Of a DNA stretch of 64,000 nucleotides, positions 1 through 13,250 are shown one piece after another. The notes below the pieces were generated by a model. The model searched no databases, was not told the origin of the DNA, and saw only the letters and a program-made list of their open reading frames with translations. The position numbers and the translations under genes were made by a program. This DNA comes from Stegostoma tigrinum (lineage: Eukaryota): positions 17,803,914 through 17,867,913 of the forward strand of contig NC_081386.1 in assembly GCF_030684315.1 (NCBI RefSeq), given 5' to 3'. The stretch's first letter is position 1, and each line of letters begins with the position of its first letter.

Positions 1-108
1 TACTATAATTTCCCTCAGACTTAACTTTGAGTAAGTACGACTGCTAGTCACTTAGTTAGTGAAATTAAACAGCACTTCCCCAAACCATTAGGGTTGTTGT
101 GGCCCTGT

Positions 109-1860
109 TTATATTGAGTCTTGTCTCTTCTCATGAGGGACTGCAGAGATTGCAAAGAGCGCAGGGTTGCCCCGATGGTGAGAGATTAAATCAAACTGAT
201 ACCAAGAAGCGATATAGAGTCTAAAGGCATAGAATTCGTGTGGATAGATTTGAGGATCTGCAAAGGGAGAACCGGCTCGAATGGAAGTTGCGTACAGATC
301 TCCTTGCAGTAAAGATGTAGGGAAGAAAATAAACCAGGAGATAGAAAAGGCATGTGTGGAAGGCACTGTTAGAATAATCATGGGGGTCTTCAACATATGG
401 ACTGGGAAAATCAGATTGGCAGTGGATCTCAAGAAAAGGAATTTGTGGCATGTCTGCGATTTAGCGATATGTAATGAGACAGACTTGACTAGGGATCTTA
501 AGGTAACAGAGCCCTCTTAGGGGACAGTGACCATAATATGATAGAATTCACTCTGTAGTTTGAGAGGGAGAAGTTGGAATCAGTTGCAACAGTTTACATT
601 TGAGTAAAGGTAATTACAAAGTCATGAGGAGGAGCTGGCCGGAGTTGATGGGAAGGGGAGCCTAGCAGGGAATACAGTGGAGCAGCAATAGCAAGAGTTT
701 CTGGGGGTAAAGCAGAAATCCATCCCAAAGAAGAGAAGTATGCTAAAGGGAGGATGAGGCAACCATGGCTGATGAGGGAAGTCAAGGACAGCATAAAAGC
801 AAAGAAAAAGTGTTTGATGTGGTAGGGATCAGCGGGAAGCCAGAGGATTGGGAAACCTTCAAAAGCCAACAATGGATAACTAAAAAAGCAATAAAGGGGG
901 AGATGAAATATGAGAGTAAGCTAGCCAGTAATGTAAAAGAAGATTGCTTCAGTTTTTTTTAGATATCTAAAGGATAAGAAAGAAGCAATAATGGACATAT
1001 GACACTGGAAAGTAAGGCTGATGAGTAAGGAACAAAGAAATGGCAGAGGAACTAAATAGGTACTTTTGCATCAGTCTTCACAGTGGAAGATACCAGCAGT
1101 GTACCAAAACGTCAACAGTCAGGGGCAGAGGTGAGTGTAGTGGCCGTCACTAAAAAGCAAACGTGGTGGGGAAGCTGATAGGTCTGAAGGTGGATAAATT
1201 ACCTAGACCAGAATGACTACGCCACAGAGTTCTGAGGAGATTGTTGAGGCATTGGTGGTGATATTTTGGGAATCACTGGAGTCGGGGAGGTCCCAGAGGG
1301 CTGGAAAATGGCTAACATAACATGAGATAACATGGTGTGAAGCTGGATGAACACAGCAGGCCAAGCCGCATCAGAAATGTAACATCCTTGTTTAAGAAGG
1401 GAGGGAGGCAGAAGACAGAAAACTTTAGGCCAGTTAGCCTGACCTCAGTAATCATTAAGATTTTACAGTCCATTATCAGGGATGAGCTTGCATAGTACTT
1501 GGAAGTGCATGGTAAAAAAAGACTGTGTCAGCACAACTTCATCAAGTGGAGGACATGCGTAACAAATCTGTTTGAATTAAATGAGGTGGTACTGGGACCT
1601 CTGCTGTTTGTGATATATATAATGACTTCGACGAAAATGTAGGTGGATGGGTTAGTAAGTTTGCAGATGATACAAAGATTGGTGGAGTTGTGAATAGTGT
1701 AGAAGGTTGTCAAAGGATACATCTGGATATAGTTGAAGTCAAAAGCACCCTGAAAATAGATAGGGTGGGGAAAAATGGCATATGGTACGCTTGTCTTTAT
1801 TGGCTTGAGAACTGAGTACAAGAGTCAGGTTGTCATGTTGCAGCTTTATAACACTTCGGT
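109..1860 (+). mobile_element. Decayed CR1-clade LINE ORF2 fragments
   Basis: Frameshifted endonuclease/RT remnants (VAYRSP.., YESKLASNVKEDC, SKFADDTKIGG at about 1655-1690). Confidence 0.8.
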
Positions 1861-1999
1861 GCATTTAATTCCAAGGTTTGTATTTTAACTTGAATAAGAG
1901 CAGTTATGAGGGCATGAAAGTAAAGTTAGCTAACATGAGCTGACAAAGTGAAAGGATAGGTTCATAGGTATCCTCAACAAAACAATGTAAATTTCCATT

Positions 2000-3665
2000 A
2001 TAATAAAATGTGAGGCTGGATGAACACAGCAGGCCAAGCAGCATCTCAGGAGCACAAAAGCTGACGTTTCGGGCCTAGACCCTTCATCAGAGAGGGGGAT
2101 GGGGGGAGGGAACTGGAATAAATAGGGAGAGAGGGGGAGGCGGACCGAAGATGGAGAGTAAAGAAGATAGGTGGAGAGAGTGTAGGTGGGGAGGTAGGGA
2201 GGGGATAGGTCAGTCCAGGGAAGACAGACAGGTCAAGGAGGTGGGAGGAGGTTAGTAGGTAGCGGGGGGTGCGGCTTGGGGTGGGAGGAAGGGATGGGTG
2301 AGAGGAAGAACCGGTTAGGGAGGCAGAGACAGGTTGGACTGGTTTTGGGATGCAGTGGGTGGGGGGGAAGAGCTGGGCTGGTTGTGTGGTGCAGTGGGGG
2401 GTGGGGACGAACTGGGCTGGTTGAGGGATGCAGTAGGGGAAGGGGAGATTTTGAAACTGGTGAAGTCCACATTGACACCATATGGCTGCAGGGTTCCCAG
2501 GCGGAATATGAGTTGCTGTTCCTGCAACCTTCGGGTGGCATCATTGTGGCAGTGCAGGAGGCCCATGATGGACATGTCATCAAGAGAATGGGAGGGGGAG
2601 TGGAAATGGTTTGCGACTGGGAGGTGCAGTTGTTTTTTGCGAACTGAGCGGAGGTGTTCTGCAAAGCGGTCCCCAAGCCTCCGCTTGGTTTCCCCAATGT
2701 AGAGGAAGCCGCACCGGGTACACTGGATGCAGTATACCACATTGGCAGATGTGCAGGTGAACCTCTGCTTGATGTGGAATGTCATCTTGGGGCCTGGGAT
2801 GGGGGTGAGGGAGGAGGTGTGGCGACAAGTGTAGCATTTCCTGCGGTTGCAGGGGAAGGTGCCGGGTGTGGTGGGGTTGGAGGGCAGTGTGGAGCGAACA
2901 AGGGAGTCGCGGAGAGAGTGGTCTCTCCGGAAAGCAGACAGGGGAGGGGATGGAAAAATGTCTTGGGTGGTGGGGTCGGATTGTAAATGGCGGAAGTGTC
3001 GGAGGATAATGCGTTGTATCCGGAGGTTGGTGGGGTGGTGTGTGAGAACGAGGGGGATCCTCTTGGGGCGGTTGTGGCGGGGGCGGGGTGTGAGGGATGT
3101 GTCGCGGGAAATGCGGGAGACGCGGTCAAGGGCGTTCTCGATCACCGTGGGGGGAAAGTTGGGGTCCTTAAAGAACTTGGACATCTGGGATGTGCGGGAG
3201 TGGAATGTCTTGTCGTGGGAGCAGATGCGGCGGAGGCAGAGGAATTGGGAATAGGGGATGGAATTTTTGCAGGAGGGTGGGTGGGAGGAGGTGTATTCTA
3301 GGTAGCTGTGGGAGTCGGTGGGCTTGAAATGGACATCAGTTACAAGCTGGTTGCCTGAGATGGAGACTGAGAGGTCCAGGAAGGTGAGGGATGTGCTGGA
3401 GATGGCCCAGGTGAACTGAAGGTTGGGGTGGAAGGTGTTGGTGAAGTGGATGAACTGTTCGAGCTCCTCTGGGGAGCAAGAGGCGGTGCCGATACAGTCA
3501 TCAATGTACCGGAGGAAGAGGTGGGGTTTGGGGCCTGTGTAGGTGTGGAAGAGGGACTGTTCCACGTAACCTACAAAGAGGCAGGCATAGCTGGGGCCCA
3601 TGCGGGTGCCCATGGCCACCCCCTTAGTCTGTAGGAAGTGGGAGGAGTCAAAAGAGAAGTTGTTG
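2000..3665 (-). mobile_element. Young 5'-truncated Penelope-like retroelement (RT C-terminal half, GIY-YIG endonuclease, 3' tail)
   Basis: Uninterrupted 434-aa ORF 2315-3619 with GVAMGTRMGPSYA, FLRYIDD, LTFLDL, HFKPTDSHSYL and VVYCIQCTRCGFLYIGETKRRLGDRFAEH; GC- and CpG-rich relative to flanks. Confidence 0.92.
2061..2090 (-). ncRNA. Minimal type I hammerhead ribozyme core in the Penelope 3' tail
   Basis: CUGAUGA-A-GGGU(CUAG)GCCC-GAAA-CG-UC: both conserved core boxes, stem II, palindromic ACGU in place of stem III, GUC cleavage triplet. Confidence 0.75.
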
Positions 3666-4209
3666 TATTATTTTATGTATTATGTTGTTCCATTATTTTG
3701 TGTTTGCTGCTACCCAGGAACACCTTCACTAATTCTATCTCGTTGTACAATATCAGTTCTAGTACAGCCTAATCTCTGGTTGACTCCAGAATGTCAATGT
3801 TCTGAGAACCTATCCCAAAAACATTCTAAGAATGCCTCATTTACGCTGTCTTTGTCCATTAGATTTTTCCAATCTATATGCAGATTAATTCCTCACCTCC
3901 TTCCATGATTATCTCCATATGTTTCTGTTAAGTTCCCACTATTTCTTCCTTTCTACTGCATTCTACAGAACCCGTATACCCCTCCCATGAGAGACTTCTT
4001 GCCTTTATTATTTCTCAACCCTACCTGAGCTGCTTCTACATCCTGGTTGTCTGAACTTAGGTCATCCACTTCTAATGTGCTAATACTAATATTAATTAAC
4101 GCTTTCCCTAGACTCCTGTACTTAGTAAATGCCATATACCTCTCAACGTTAATGTCAGAATCTCTGTAATCCTGCAGCCATCTGTGTGATGGCTTTCAGG
4201 TCATACTTA

Positions 4210-5000
4210 CTTAGAGAAATACAAGAGTCAAATATACTTGGCAAAGTGTAAGCATTTGTTTCAAACTCTGCTAACATTCCTGAGTCACAGACATTGTTGC
4301 TGACTCTGCCGTTACAATATCCCATACTGTTTTTGTGACAAGTGAGCTAATGCCATTAATTCCTTATTTAATATGAGCCCTGTGTCCCTCAGACCTTAAT
4401 TCCCTGGTACGTTTGATTTATCTTGACAAAGTAGTGGGTGGAGGCGTTCACATATTTGATTAAATTGTTGCCAGCTCAAACCTAACATCAGAATCAATTC
4501 ACTGTGGTAATTTTCTTCCATTCTCCCTTTAAAACAATTACACTAACTTCGGGTAGGTATGATCTGCCTAATGTTTGGTAGAACCCCTTTCTTATTACTT
4601 TTAAACAGTCATTTTTGAGCTATTCTTTGAACAACACACTTAAGTGCATTGTTTAGTGGCTCAAGAACTATTAATTCTAACAGAGGCTTATCAATATTGA
4701 CTACTTTCTGGTCATATATGCAAGCCTTGTATTTATCTTTGGAGAATGCAATCACTAGCAGTTGATGTGCTTTCTTAATATGTAAATAGCTCATCTTTGC
4801 TGATACCATTGAAACACTCAAGACTGGTTGCCCATTCATGACTGGTTATTCCATTCTGAAGCAATGTTGCTCCAAATCTTGATTGAGATGTAGTGAATTT
4901 TAGGACGACTTTTGCCTTCACAGTATATCTAGTAGCTCGTCAGAACAAGAACATTTGCTTATGGTACATGGAGTCTTTAACGTGAGGCTGTGTTTTAGCT
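4210..5000 (-). mobile_element. Ancient Ty3/Gypsy pol relic (RNase H region)
   Basis: Frameshifted peptides SQSRFGATLLQNG / NGQPVLSVS...LLVIAFSKDKYKACIYDQKVVNIDKPLLELIVLEPLNNALKCVVQRI / QTLGRSYLP resemble the Gypsy RNase H consensus (DASxxGLGAxLLQxGxPVAYAS...ELLAIVFA..KF..YIYG....TDHKPL...ADxLSR). Confidence 0.6.
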
Positions 5001-5069
5001 ACCGCATGGTTCTGACTGGCTAGGAGACTCCCTACTCTTATCACATGATGCAGTCAGATTGGAAACAAA

Positions 5070-8000
5070 ATAAAAGGAGTGGTCATTGGCATATAGAGTC
5101 TGGTCCACGATTCTTTGTGATCATGGCTGATCCACTATCTTAATGACATATTCTGACTCACCCTCCATACTGTTCAAAACCTTTAGCGTCTACCAGTCTA
5201 TTAATTTTTAAAACATATTCGGTAACGTGGGCTTTACTGCCTTCTTTGGTCGAGAATTTCGTAGCATCACCATCCATTGACTGAAGAAATTTCTCCTCAA
5301 CTTTATCTGAATTGGCCTACCACACAATATGAGGCAATTATTTTCTTGCTGGAATCACTGCCCCCCCATCCCCCCTACCCCGTTCCTAGTATCCTGTTCC
5401 TGCTCCATCCCCATACTCTTTGATCCATACAGCCCCAACAACCTTATTTAATCCTTTCTTGAAAATATTCAATATTTTGACCTCAACCACTTTGTGCAGA
5501 CAACTCCTCAGGTTCACCACATTCTGGGTGAACAAATTTCTCCTCATTTCAGTGCTCTCACTACCAAGGTCAATAAATCATTTGCCTTCTTCACCACTTC
5601 TGCATCAGCATGCTTACTTTATGGAATTAGTGTACAAGGACACCCAGGTCTTGTTGTACCTTTTCTTTTCTCAATCTGTCACTGTTCAGAAAATAATCTA
5701 TCTTCCTGTTTTTGCTACCATAACCTTGCATTTATCCACATCATATTCCATCTGCCATGCATTTGCCCAATCACTCAACTTGTCCAACTCACATTGAAGC
5801 ATCACTTCAGCCTCCTCACAGTTCATCCTCCCACCCATCTGCAAATTTGGAAATAATACATCACTAATATAAACTGTGCATTGTTTGTGCCACACTAGAC
5901 ACTGCCTGCAACTTGGGAAAAGATCTGTTTATTACTACTCCTTGTTTCCTGTCTGCCAAACTATTTTCTAGCTACATTAGCACACTACACCCAATCCCAT
6001 GCACTTTAATTTTATATGCTAATCTCTCATGTAGAACGTTACTGAAAGCCTTCTGAAAGTCCAAGTAAACCACATCCACTGGCTTCTTTCGGGAAAAGGG
6101 ATGACTGACAAGTGGGAGGCTTTCAAAAGTGTGATAACAAGAGTTCAGAGCCAATATGTTACTGTCAGAGTAAAAGCTAAGGCTGGTAAGAGTAGGAAAT
6201 AATGAATGAATAAAGATATTGAGGCTCTAGTCAAGAATAAGAAAGAATCATAGATACAGATAACTGGGATCAATGAATCTCTGTTAGTGTATAAAGTGTG
6301 TAGGAAATCATGAGGGCAAAAGGGGACGTGAGATAGCGTTGGCAGATAAGGTTAACGATACGCCAAAGAAATTCTACAAGTGCATTAAGAGCAAAAGAAC
6401 AATTAGAGAGAGAATAAGGCCCCTTAAAGATCCATGAGGTTGGCTATGTGTTGAACCTCAGGAGATGGGACAGATACTGAATATTTTGCATCAGTTTTTA
6501 CTGTGGAGAAAAAATTGGAGGTTAGAGAACTCAGGGAAATATTGATATTTTGAAAACTGTTCACATTACAAAAGAGGAAGAGCTGGAGGCCTTAGAAAAC
6601 GAAGATGGATAAATGTCCAGGACCTGATCAAGTGTATGCCAGAACATTGTGGGAAGTTAGGGAAGAAATTGCGGTTCTCATAGCAGAAATTCTTGTATCG
6701 TCTAAAACCTTGGGTGAGATGCCAGAGGACTGTTTCCATGCTGTACGATTCGATGATTGGGGGGTGGCTAATGTTGTACTCTCGTTTAAGAAAGGCTGTA
6801 AGCAGAAGCCTGGGAACTATATATCTGTGATGGGTAAGTTGTTGGAGGTGATCCTGAAAGATAGAATTTACATGCATTTATAGAGGCAAGGACTGATTAG
6901 GGATAATCAGCCTGGCTTTGTGTGAGGGCAACTGTGTCTTACAAACTTAATTGAGTTTTTTGAAGAAGTAACCAAAAAGATTGTTAAGGGAAAGCAATAG
7001 ACATTGTTTACATGGACTTTAGTAAAGCCTTTGATGAAGTCCCACATGGTAGATTAATTAGTAAAGTTAGATCACATGGAATTCAGGGTGAGATTGCCAA
7101 TTGGATACAAAATTGGTTTAATGGTAGGACAAAGAGAGTGATGATGGAGGTTTATATTTCAGACTGGACTTCTGTGACCAGTGTCGTTCCACAGGGATCA
7201 GTACTGGATCCACTTTTGTTTGTCATGTATATAAATAATTTAGGTGAGACTGTTGGAGTCATGGTTAATGAATTTGCAGATGACACCAAAATTGGTGGTA
7301 TAGTGGGCAGTATAGAAGATTATCTAAGATTGCAAAGAGATCTTGATCAATTGGGTCAATGGGCTGAGGACCGGCAGATACAGCTGAATTTGGATGAATG
7401 TGAGGTATTGTATTTTGGTAAAATAAACAGGGCAAGACTTATAGAATTCATTGTAGGGGTCTAGGTAGTGTTGTAGAACAGAAAACCTAGAAGGTTTGGA
7501 TACATCATTTTTTGAAATTTACGTCACAGGGCGATTAAGAATGTGTTAAGCACACTTGCTTTCATTCCTCAGACCTTTGAATATAGGAGTTGGGACATTA
7601 TGATGACATTATACAGGATGTTAGTGAAGCCTCTTTAGAGGTTAATGAAATCATGAGAGACACAGAGAAGATGAATTGCAAAGGTATTGCCCCTAGGTTG
7701 GAGGAGGTCAAAACTAGGGGGTATATTTTTAAGGTGAGAGGAGAAAGATTTAAAAAGGACATGAGGGACAATTTTTTTTTACACATAGAATGGTTTGTGT
7801 GTGGAATGAACTGCCAGAGGAAGTAGTGGATGCAGGTACAGTTAGAACATTTAAAAGACATTTGGATAAGTATACAAATAGGAAAGGTTTGGAGGAATGC
7901 AGGCCAAACACAGGCAAGTGGGAACATGGTTGGCGGGAACTGGTTGGACTGAAAGGTCAGTTTCTGGGCTGAATGACTCTAACTCTACTAGTTTCATCCT

Positions 8001-8100
8001 TGAAAAATTCCAGTAGATTTATCAAGCTTGATTTTCCATTTTGTAAATCCATGCTGGTTCTGTCAATCCTGTCACTGTTTTCCAGTGCTTAGCTATTAAA
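5070..8100 (-). mobile_element. Decayed CR1 LINE interrupted by a second CR1 (pieces about 5070-6088 and 7988-8100)
   Basis: KPVDVVYLDFQKAF and WANAWQMEYDVDKCKVM on -; the sequence resumes after the inserted + copy. Confidence 0.7.
6089..7987 (+). mobile_element. CR1 LINE 3' portion nested in an opposite-strand CR1
   Basis: [15 protein letters not shown]...VPQGSVLDPLLF...FADDTKIGG; WNELPEEVVDAG; tail gactctaactcta. Confidence 0.85.
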
Positions 8101-8264
8101 ATTTTATCATTTCTGTTCATATTTGCCCTTGAAGCAAGCTACAAACACATAATGCGGGACATATTGTACTGCATCAACATTAAATTTATAGATTCTACAT
8201 GTCAAACACATGGTTTGAGGTTTTTCAGTATTAAAAACTGTTTTTCAAGGCAAGGAGGTATTGA

Positions 8265-8412
8265 TTAGGAGACAGTAACGACTGCAGATGCTGGAAGTTA
8301 CAGTCAATAAATGTGGAGGTGGAAAAGCACAGCAGATCAGACGGCATCCAAGGAGCAAGGAAGTCAACATTTTGGGCCGAAACCCTTCATCAGGACAAAG
8401 CAACCTTTCCAT
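8265..8412 (-). mobile_element. Short Penelope-tail insertion with decayed hammerhead core, 15-bp TSD
   Basis: gcaaggaggtattga at 8250-8264 and 8413-8427; CCTGATGAAGGGTTTCGGCCCAAAATGTTG on - at about 8365-8394. Confidence 0.7.
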
Positions 8413-8585
8413 GCAAGGAGGTATTGAGGAGAGATTGATCATGTATACTGTTACTCCATTAGATAGTGTTTTATTAATTATCATTATACTTGATGTTCAT
8501 AGTCAAGCAAGCTAGTGAGGAATGCAATACATGCGATTGTGGAGGCTATTTTCCTGCTTACATTCATAGTCAGTACATCAGACCA

Positions 8586-8885
8586 TGATTTGCTCTTGCA
8601 CTTGCAATACAAGGGGTGTAAATTAAATTTGTTTTAGTGTCATATATTTTAGAGTTTGGATTTTGAGCTAGCTATATCTGCTAGTTTGATCTGTGTTGTA
8701 TGACGTGGTTTAATGATTAACCTGTCAGTATTACTGATTTGCTCTTGCACTTGCAATACAAGGGGTGTAAATTAAATTTGTTTTAGTGTCATATATTTTA
8801 GAGTTTGGATTTTGAGCTAGCTATATCTGCTAGTTTGATCTGTATTGTATGACGTGGTTTAATGATTAACCTGTCAGTATTACTG
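8586..8885. repeat. 149-bp direct tandem duplication, 1 mismatch
   Basis: 8586-8734 and 8735-8883 are identical except ctgtGttg vs ctgtAttg. Confidence 0.95.
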
Positions 8886-8934
8886 GAGACCTCTACAATA
8901 ACAAAACAGTATGAATGCTAATAGGAATTTGATT

Positions 8935-11900
8935 GAACATAGAACATAGAACAGTACAGGCCCTTCAGCACGTGAAGTTGTGCCAATCTATTATCCTGCT
9001 AAGATCAATCTATCCTGCACACCCTACAGTTTACTTTCCTCCATGTGCCTATCCAAGAGTCATTTAAATGTCTCTAAAGTATCTGGCTCCACTACCATTG
9101 CAGAAGCACATTCCACGTGCCCACCACTCTCTATGTGAAGAACCTATCTCTGACATCTCCCCTTCACCTTCCTCCCCCTCGTAATTATGTCGCTGTCAAT
9201 GTCCTGTTGCAACCTACAACAGCCCTCCATGCTCTCCACAACTCCACCAGCCTTCATGTCTTCAGCAAACTTGCTAACCAACCCTTCCACTTCCTCATCC
9301 AAGTCATTTGTAAAGATCACAAAGAGCAGAGGTCCCAGAACAGATCCCTGTGGAACACCACTGGTCACTGACATTCAAGCTGAATACTTTCCATCTACTA
9401 CTACCCTCTGTCTTCTGGACAGCCAGTTTTATATCCAGACAGCCAAATTTCTATGAATCCCATGCCTCCTAACTTTGAATGAGCCTACCACGTAGAACCT
9501 TATCAAATGCCTTGCTAAAATCCATATACACCACATCCACTGCTCTACCTTCATCGATGTGTTTTGTTACATCCACAAAGAATTCAGTAAGACTTGTGAG
9601 GCATGACCTGCCCCCCCTCAAAGCCATACTGACTATTTCTAATCAAACTGTACTTTTCCAAATAATCATAACTACTATTAGGATCCTCTCCAATAATTTG
9701 CCCACCACAGAATAAGATTGACCGGTCTGTAATTTCCAGGATTACCCTTATTCCCTTTCTTGAACAAGGGGATGACATTTGCCACCCTCCAATGTTCTGA
9801 TACTACTCCTGTGGACAGCAAGGATGCAAAGATCATTGCCAAAGGGGCAGCAATCTCTTCCCTTGATTCCCGTAGTATAGCTCGTCTGGCCCAGGGGACT
9901 TATCAATCCTAATGTTTTTCATAATTTCTAGCACATCCTCCTTCCTTACGTCAACCTGTTCAAGCATAGCTTCCTGTTTCATGCTGTCCTCACAAATGTC
10001 AAAGTCCCTTGCACTCATGAATACTGAAGCAAAGTATTCATTAAGGACCTCCCTTACCACCTCTGACCCCACGCACAAGTTGCCTCCACTATCCCTGATT
10101 GGTCCTACCCTCACTCTGGCCAACATCCTGTTCCTTACATAAGCATAGAATGCCTTTGGGTTTTCCCTGATCCTACCTGCCAAGGTTTTCTCATACCCGC
10201 TTCTAGCTCTCCTAAGTCCATTCTTCAGTTCTTCCCTGGCTACCCTGTAGACCTCTAGAGCGCTGTCCAATCCTTGCTTCCTCAACCCTAAGTAAGCTTC
10301 CTTCTTCCTCCTGACTAGATGTTCCACATGTCTTGTCATCCGAGGTTTCTTCACTGTACCATCCTTTCCTTGCCTTGCCTCAGTGGGACAAACCTATCCA
10401 GTATCTGTAGCAACTGCTCCCTAAACAACCTCCACATTTCTGTTGTGCATTTCCCTGAGAACGTCTGATCCCCATTGGTACTCCGTAGTTCTTGCTTAAT
10501 AGCATAGTATTTTCCCCTCCCCAATTAAATACTTTCCCAAAATGTCTGCTCCATGATTATAGCGAATGTCAGTAAGTTGTGATCACTATCGCCGAAATGC
10601 TCTCCCACAAAGAGACCTTGGCCTGGTTCATTGCCAAGCACCAAATCCAACCTGGCTTCCCCTCTAGTCAGCCGAGCTACATATTGAGTCAGAAATCCTT
10701 CCTGGACATACCTGACAAAATTTGCTCCATCCAAACTATCTGCACTTAGAAGGTTCCAGTCTATATTACGGAAGCTGAAGTCACTCATGACAACCACCCT
10801 ATTACTTCTGCACTTTTCCAAAATCTGTCTCCCAATCTATTCCTCAGTGTTTCTGTTGCTATTGGGGTCTATAGCAAACTCCCAGTAAAGTGACTGCTCC
10901 TTTCCTGTTTCTGACTTCCACCCATACTGATCGAGTGGACAAATCTACCTCCACAACCTCCCTTTTTCCAGTTGTGATACCATCCCTGATTTACAATGCC
11001 ACTCCCCCACCTCTTTTACCTCCCTCCCTATTTCTTTTGGAACATCTATACCCTGGAACATCCACCAGCCATTCCTGCTTTTGTGTTATCCAAGTCTCTG
11101 TAATGGCCACAACATCATAGTTCCAAGTACTGATCCATGCACTAAGTTCATCGGCCTTATTCCTGACACTTCTTGCATTGAGGTACACACACCTCAACCC
11201 ATCGCACTGACTACCACTTTGCCCTATCAACCGCTCATCCTTCCTCACAGATTCTCTGCTTGCTTTATCTGCCTGTACACCGGCTACCCCATCCTTTGAT
11301 ATGTAGCTCCGGTTCCCATCCCCTGGCAAACTAGTTTAAACCCTCCCGAAGAGCTCAAGCAAACCTCCCACCCAGGATATTGGTGCCCCTCCAGTTCAGA
11401 TGCAACCAGTCCTTACTGTACAAGTCCCATCTTCCCCCACAAACCTCAAGCCCTCCCTCCTAAACCAGCTCTATAGCCACATGTTCAGCTGCACTCGCGC
11501 TCTGTTTCTGGCCTTACTAGCCTGTGGCACCGGCAGTAATCCTGAGATTACTACTCTGCTTGTCCTGGCTTTCAGCCTCCATCCTAACTCCCTATATTCA
11601 CTTATCAGGTCCTCAACCCGTTTTCTATCTATGTCATTGGTACCCATGTGTACCATGACTTCTGACACCTGGGAGGCAACATAGCATCCAGGAGTCTCGC
11701 TCGGTGCCACTGAATCTCCTGTCTGTTCCCCTAACCCTTGAATCTCCTATCACTATTGCTCTCCTATTCTTCCCCCCCTTCCCTTCTAAGCCATAGAGGA
11801 AGACTCAGTGCCAGAGACTTGGCTGCTATGGCTTTCCCCTGGTCGGTTGTACTCCCCCAACAGTATCCAAAGCGGTATACTTATTATTGAAGGGAACATC

Positions 11901-12100
11901 CACAGGGGATCCCTGCACTGTTTTGCCTATTCCCTTTCCCCTTCCTGACAGTCGCCTAGCTACCTTTGTCCTGTAACTTGGGTGTGACCACCTCCCTATA
12001 ACTCCTCTCTATCACCTCCTCAGCCTCCTGAATGATTCGGAGTTCATCCAGCTCCAGCTCCTGTTCCCTAATGCTGTATGTGAGGAGCTGGAGTTGGGTG
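8935..12100 (-). mobile_element. Internally deleted CR1 LINE with ORF1 (SGNH esterase-like) and ORF2 (APE, RT) remnants
   Basis: VMVHMGTNDI..RVVISGLLPVP (ORF1); CVYLNARSVRNKADEL..DVVAITETW and RGGGVAL (APE); SGVPQGSVLGPLLF (RT); (aacatag)n tail at 8935-8952. Confidence 0.88.
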
Positions 12101-12476
12101 CTTTGGAACAGTTTCATTTGTGGCCAAAGCAAACACGGAAGGACATTCCTTGTTTTCGGTTAGCAAGATCAGGGATTCATTTTTTTTTGCTAAGAAGAAA
12201 AACACACAACTTGGAAAACCTTTAGGTTAAGTTTGCCAGAGTCAAGGGTGAAATTAGATGTGTGAAAGAGAAACAAGTTAGTTCAGAAAAGTTAGAAAAT
12301 AGGTTCCCAGTGTAAGGGTTTTAGTTTGAAAGTTCCAACCAGAAATATTTAATTTGAAACCTGAAGGGGTCTTTGAAAGCTGAGAAAATCAAAGTTCAAT
12401 TGTGTGAGTACTCCAGGAAATGACAAAAAAAAACTCAAGATTAAAACAAGGAAGTAACAGTTATGTCAAACATATG

Positions 12477-13250
12477 TGATAAAGAAGGGAATTCTCTCTG
12501 GTGTTTCAGTGCGCACTCGCCACACTGTGTTTAGCTTGTACAGTCAGCAAAGGACTGTGAGATGACTTTTAATAGTAATAGGAAAGATCTTTATTAGTTA
12601 TAACACAATTAGTACTATAATAATGTTTATGCTAAAAACTAACAATACTATAAACTTGAAAATTAATATTGTAAATCAGTATCTTGTACTTTAAGTTAGA
12701 ATAATCAGACATCAAGCGAGACCTTGGCCTTAATCCACGTGGTGATGGTCATCCGGTCTTCCTCTCCTGTGGTCCCCAGGGCGTCTCTCCTTAACGATGG
12801 TTGGTCTTGAGTTAACACTCCCGAGGGTGCTGTTGCAGTGATTTTTATCCTTGCAAGATTCGCACTCCTTTGGGAGGACTTTTGATTTCCATCAATGGAT
12901 TGATCAGGAATCAATTACCCTGACTGATCAGACCCAATCAGGCAGTGCTATGCGGATACTGTGATGGTCTTTGGTCCTCCATTTCCAAGTGTCAGTGGCA
13001 CTTAAGTCAGGTAAGATAAGAGTATGAGGTGTCCCTTTGTTCCAGAAAACAGATCAATCTTTCCTACTGTCCTAATAAGTAGGCTTAGTCCGTTCTATAT
13101 GGTGCTGTGCGCAGCTGCTGCCTGCCTGTCTGGATCTGCAGCTTGTTTATTTCAGTATCTTTGCACAGATACTTTGGGCAATGCTTGGCTTGATTTACCA
13201 GCATTCTTGGTGTATTATCCAATTCTGCCATTTTGAGTGGCCCGTCTGCC
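12477..13250 (-). mobile_element. Candidate solo LTR
   Basis: Flanked by TATG at 12473-76 and 13251-54; starts TG on +; AATAAA on - at 12590-95 and GATAAAAAT on - at 12841-49; no CA at the other end. Confidence 0.35.

Noticed and set aside
2233-3634. Many overlapping ORFs on + and in alternate - frames
   Set aside because: Shadow frames of the GC-rich Penelope ORF, with no independent motifs.
8586-8885. CRISPR-like or satellite array
   Set aside because: Only two contiguous copies with no spacers, in a eukaryotic context.
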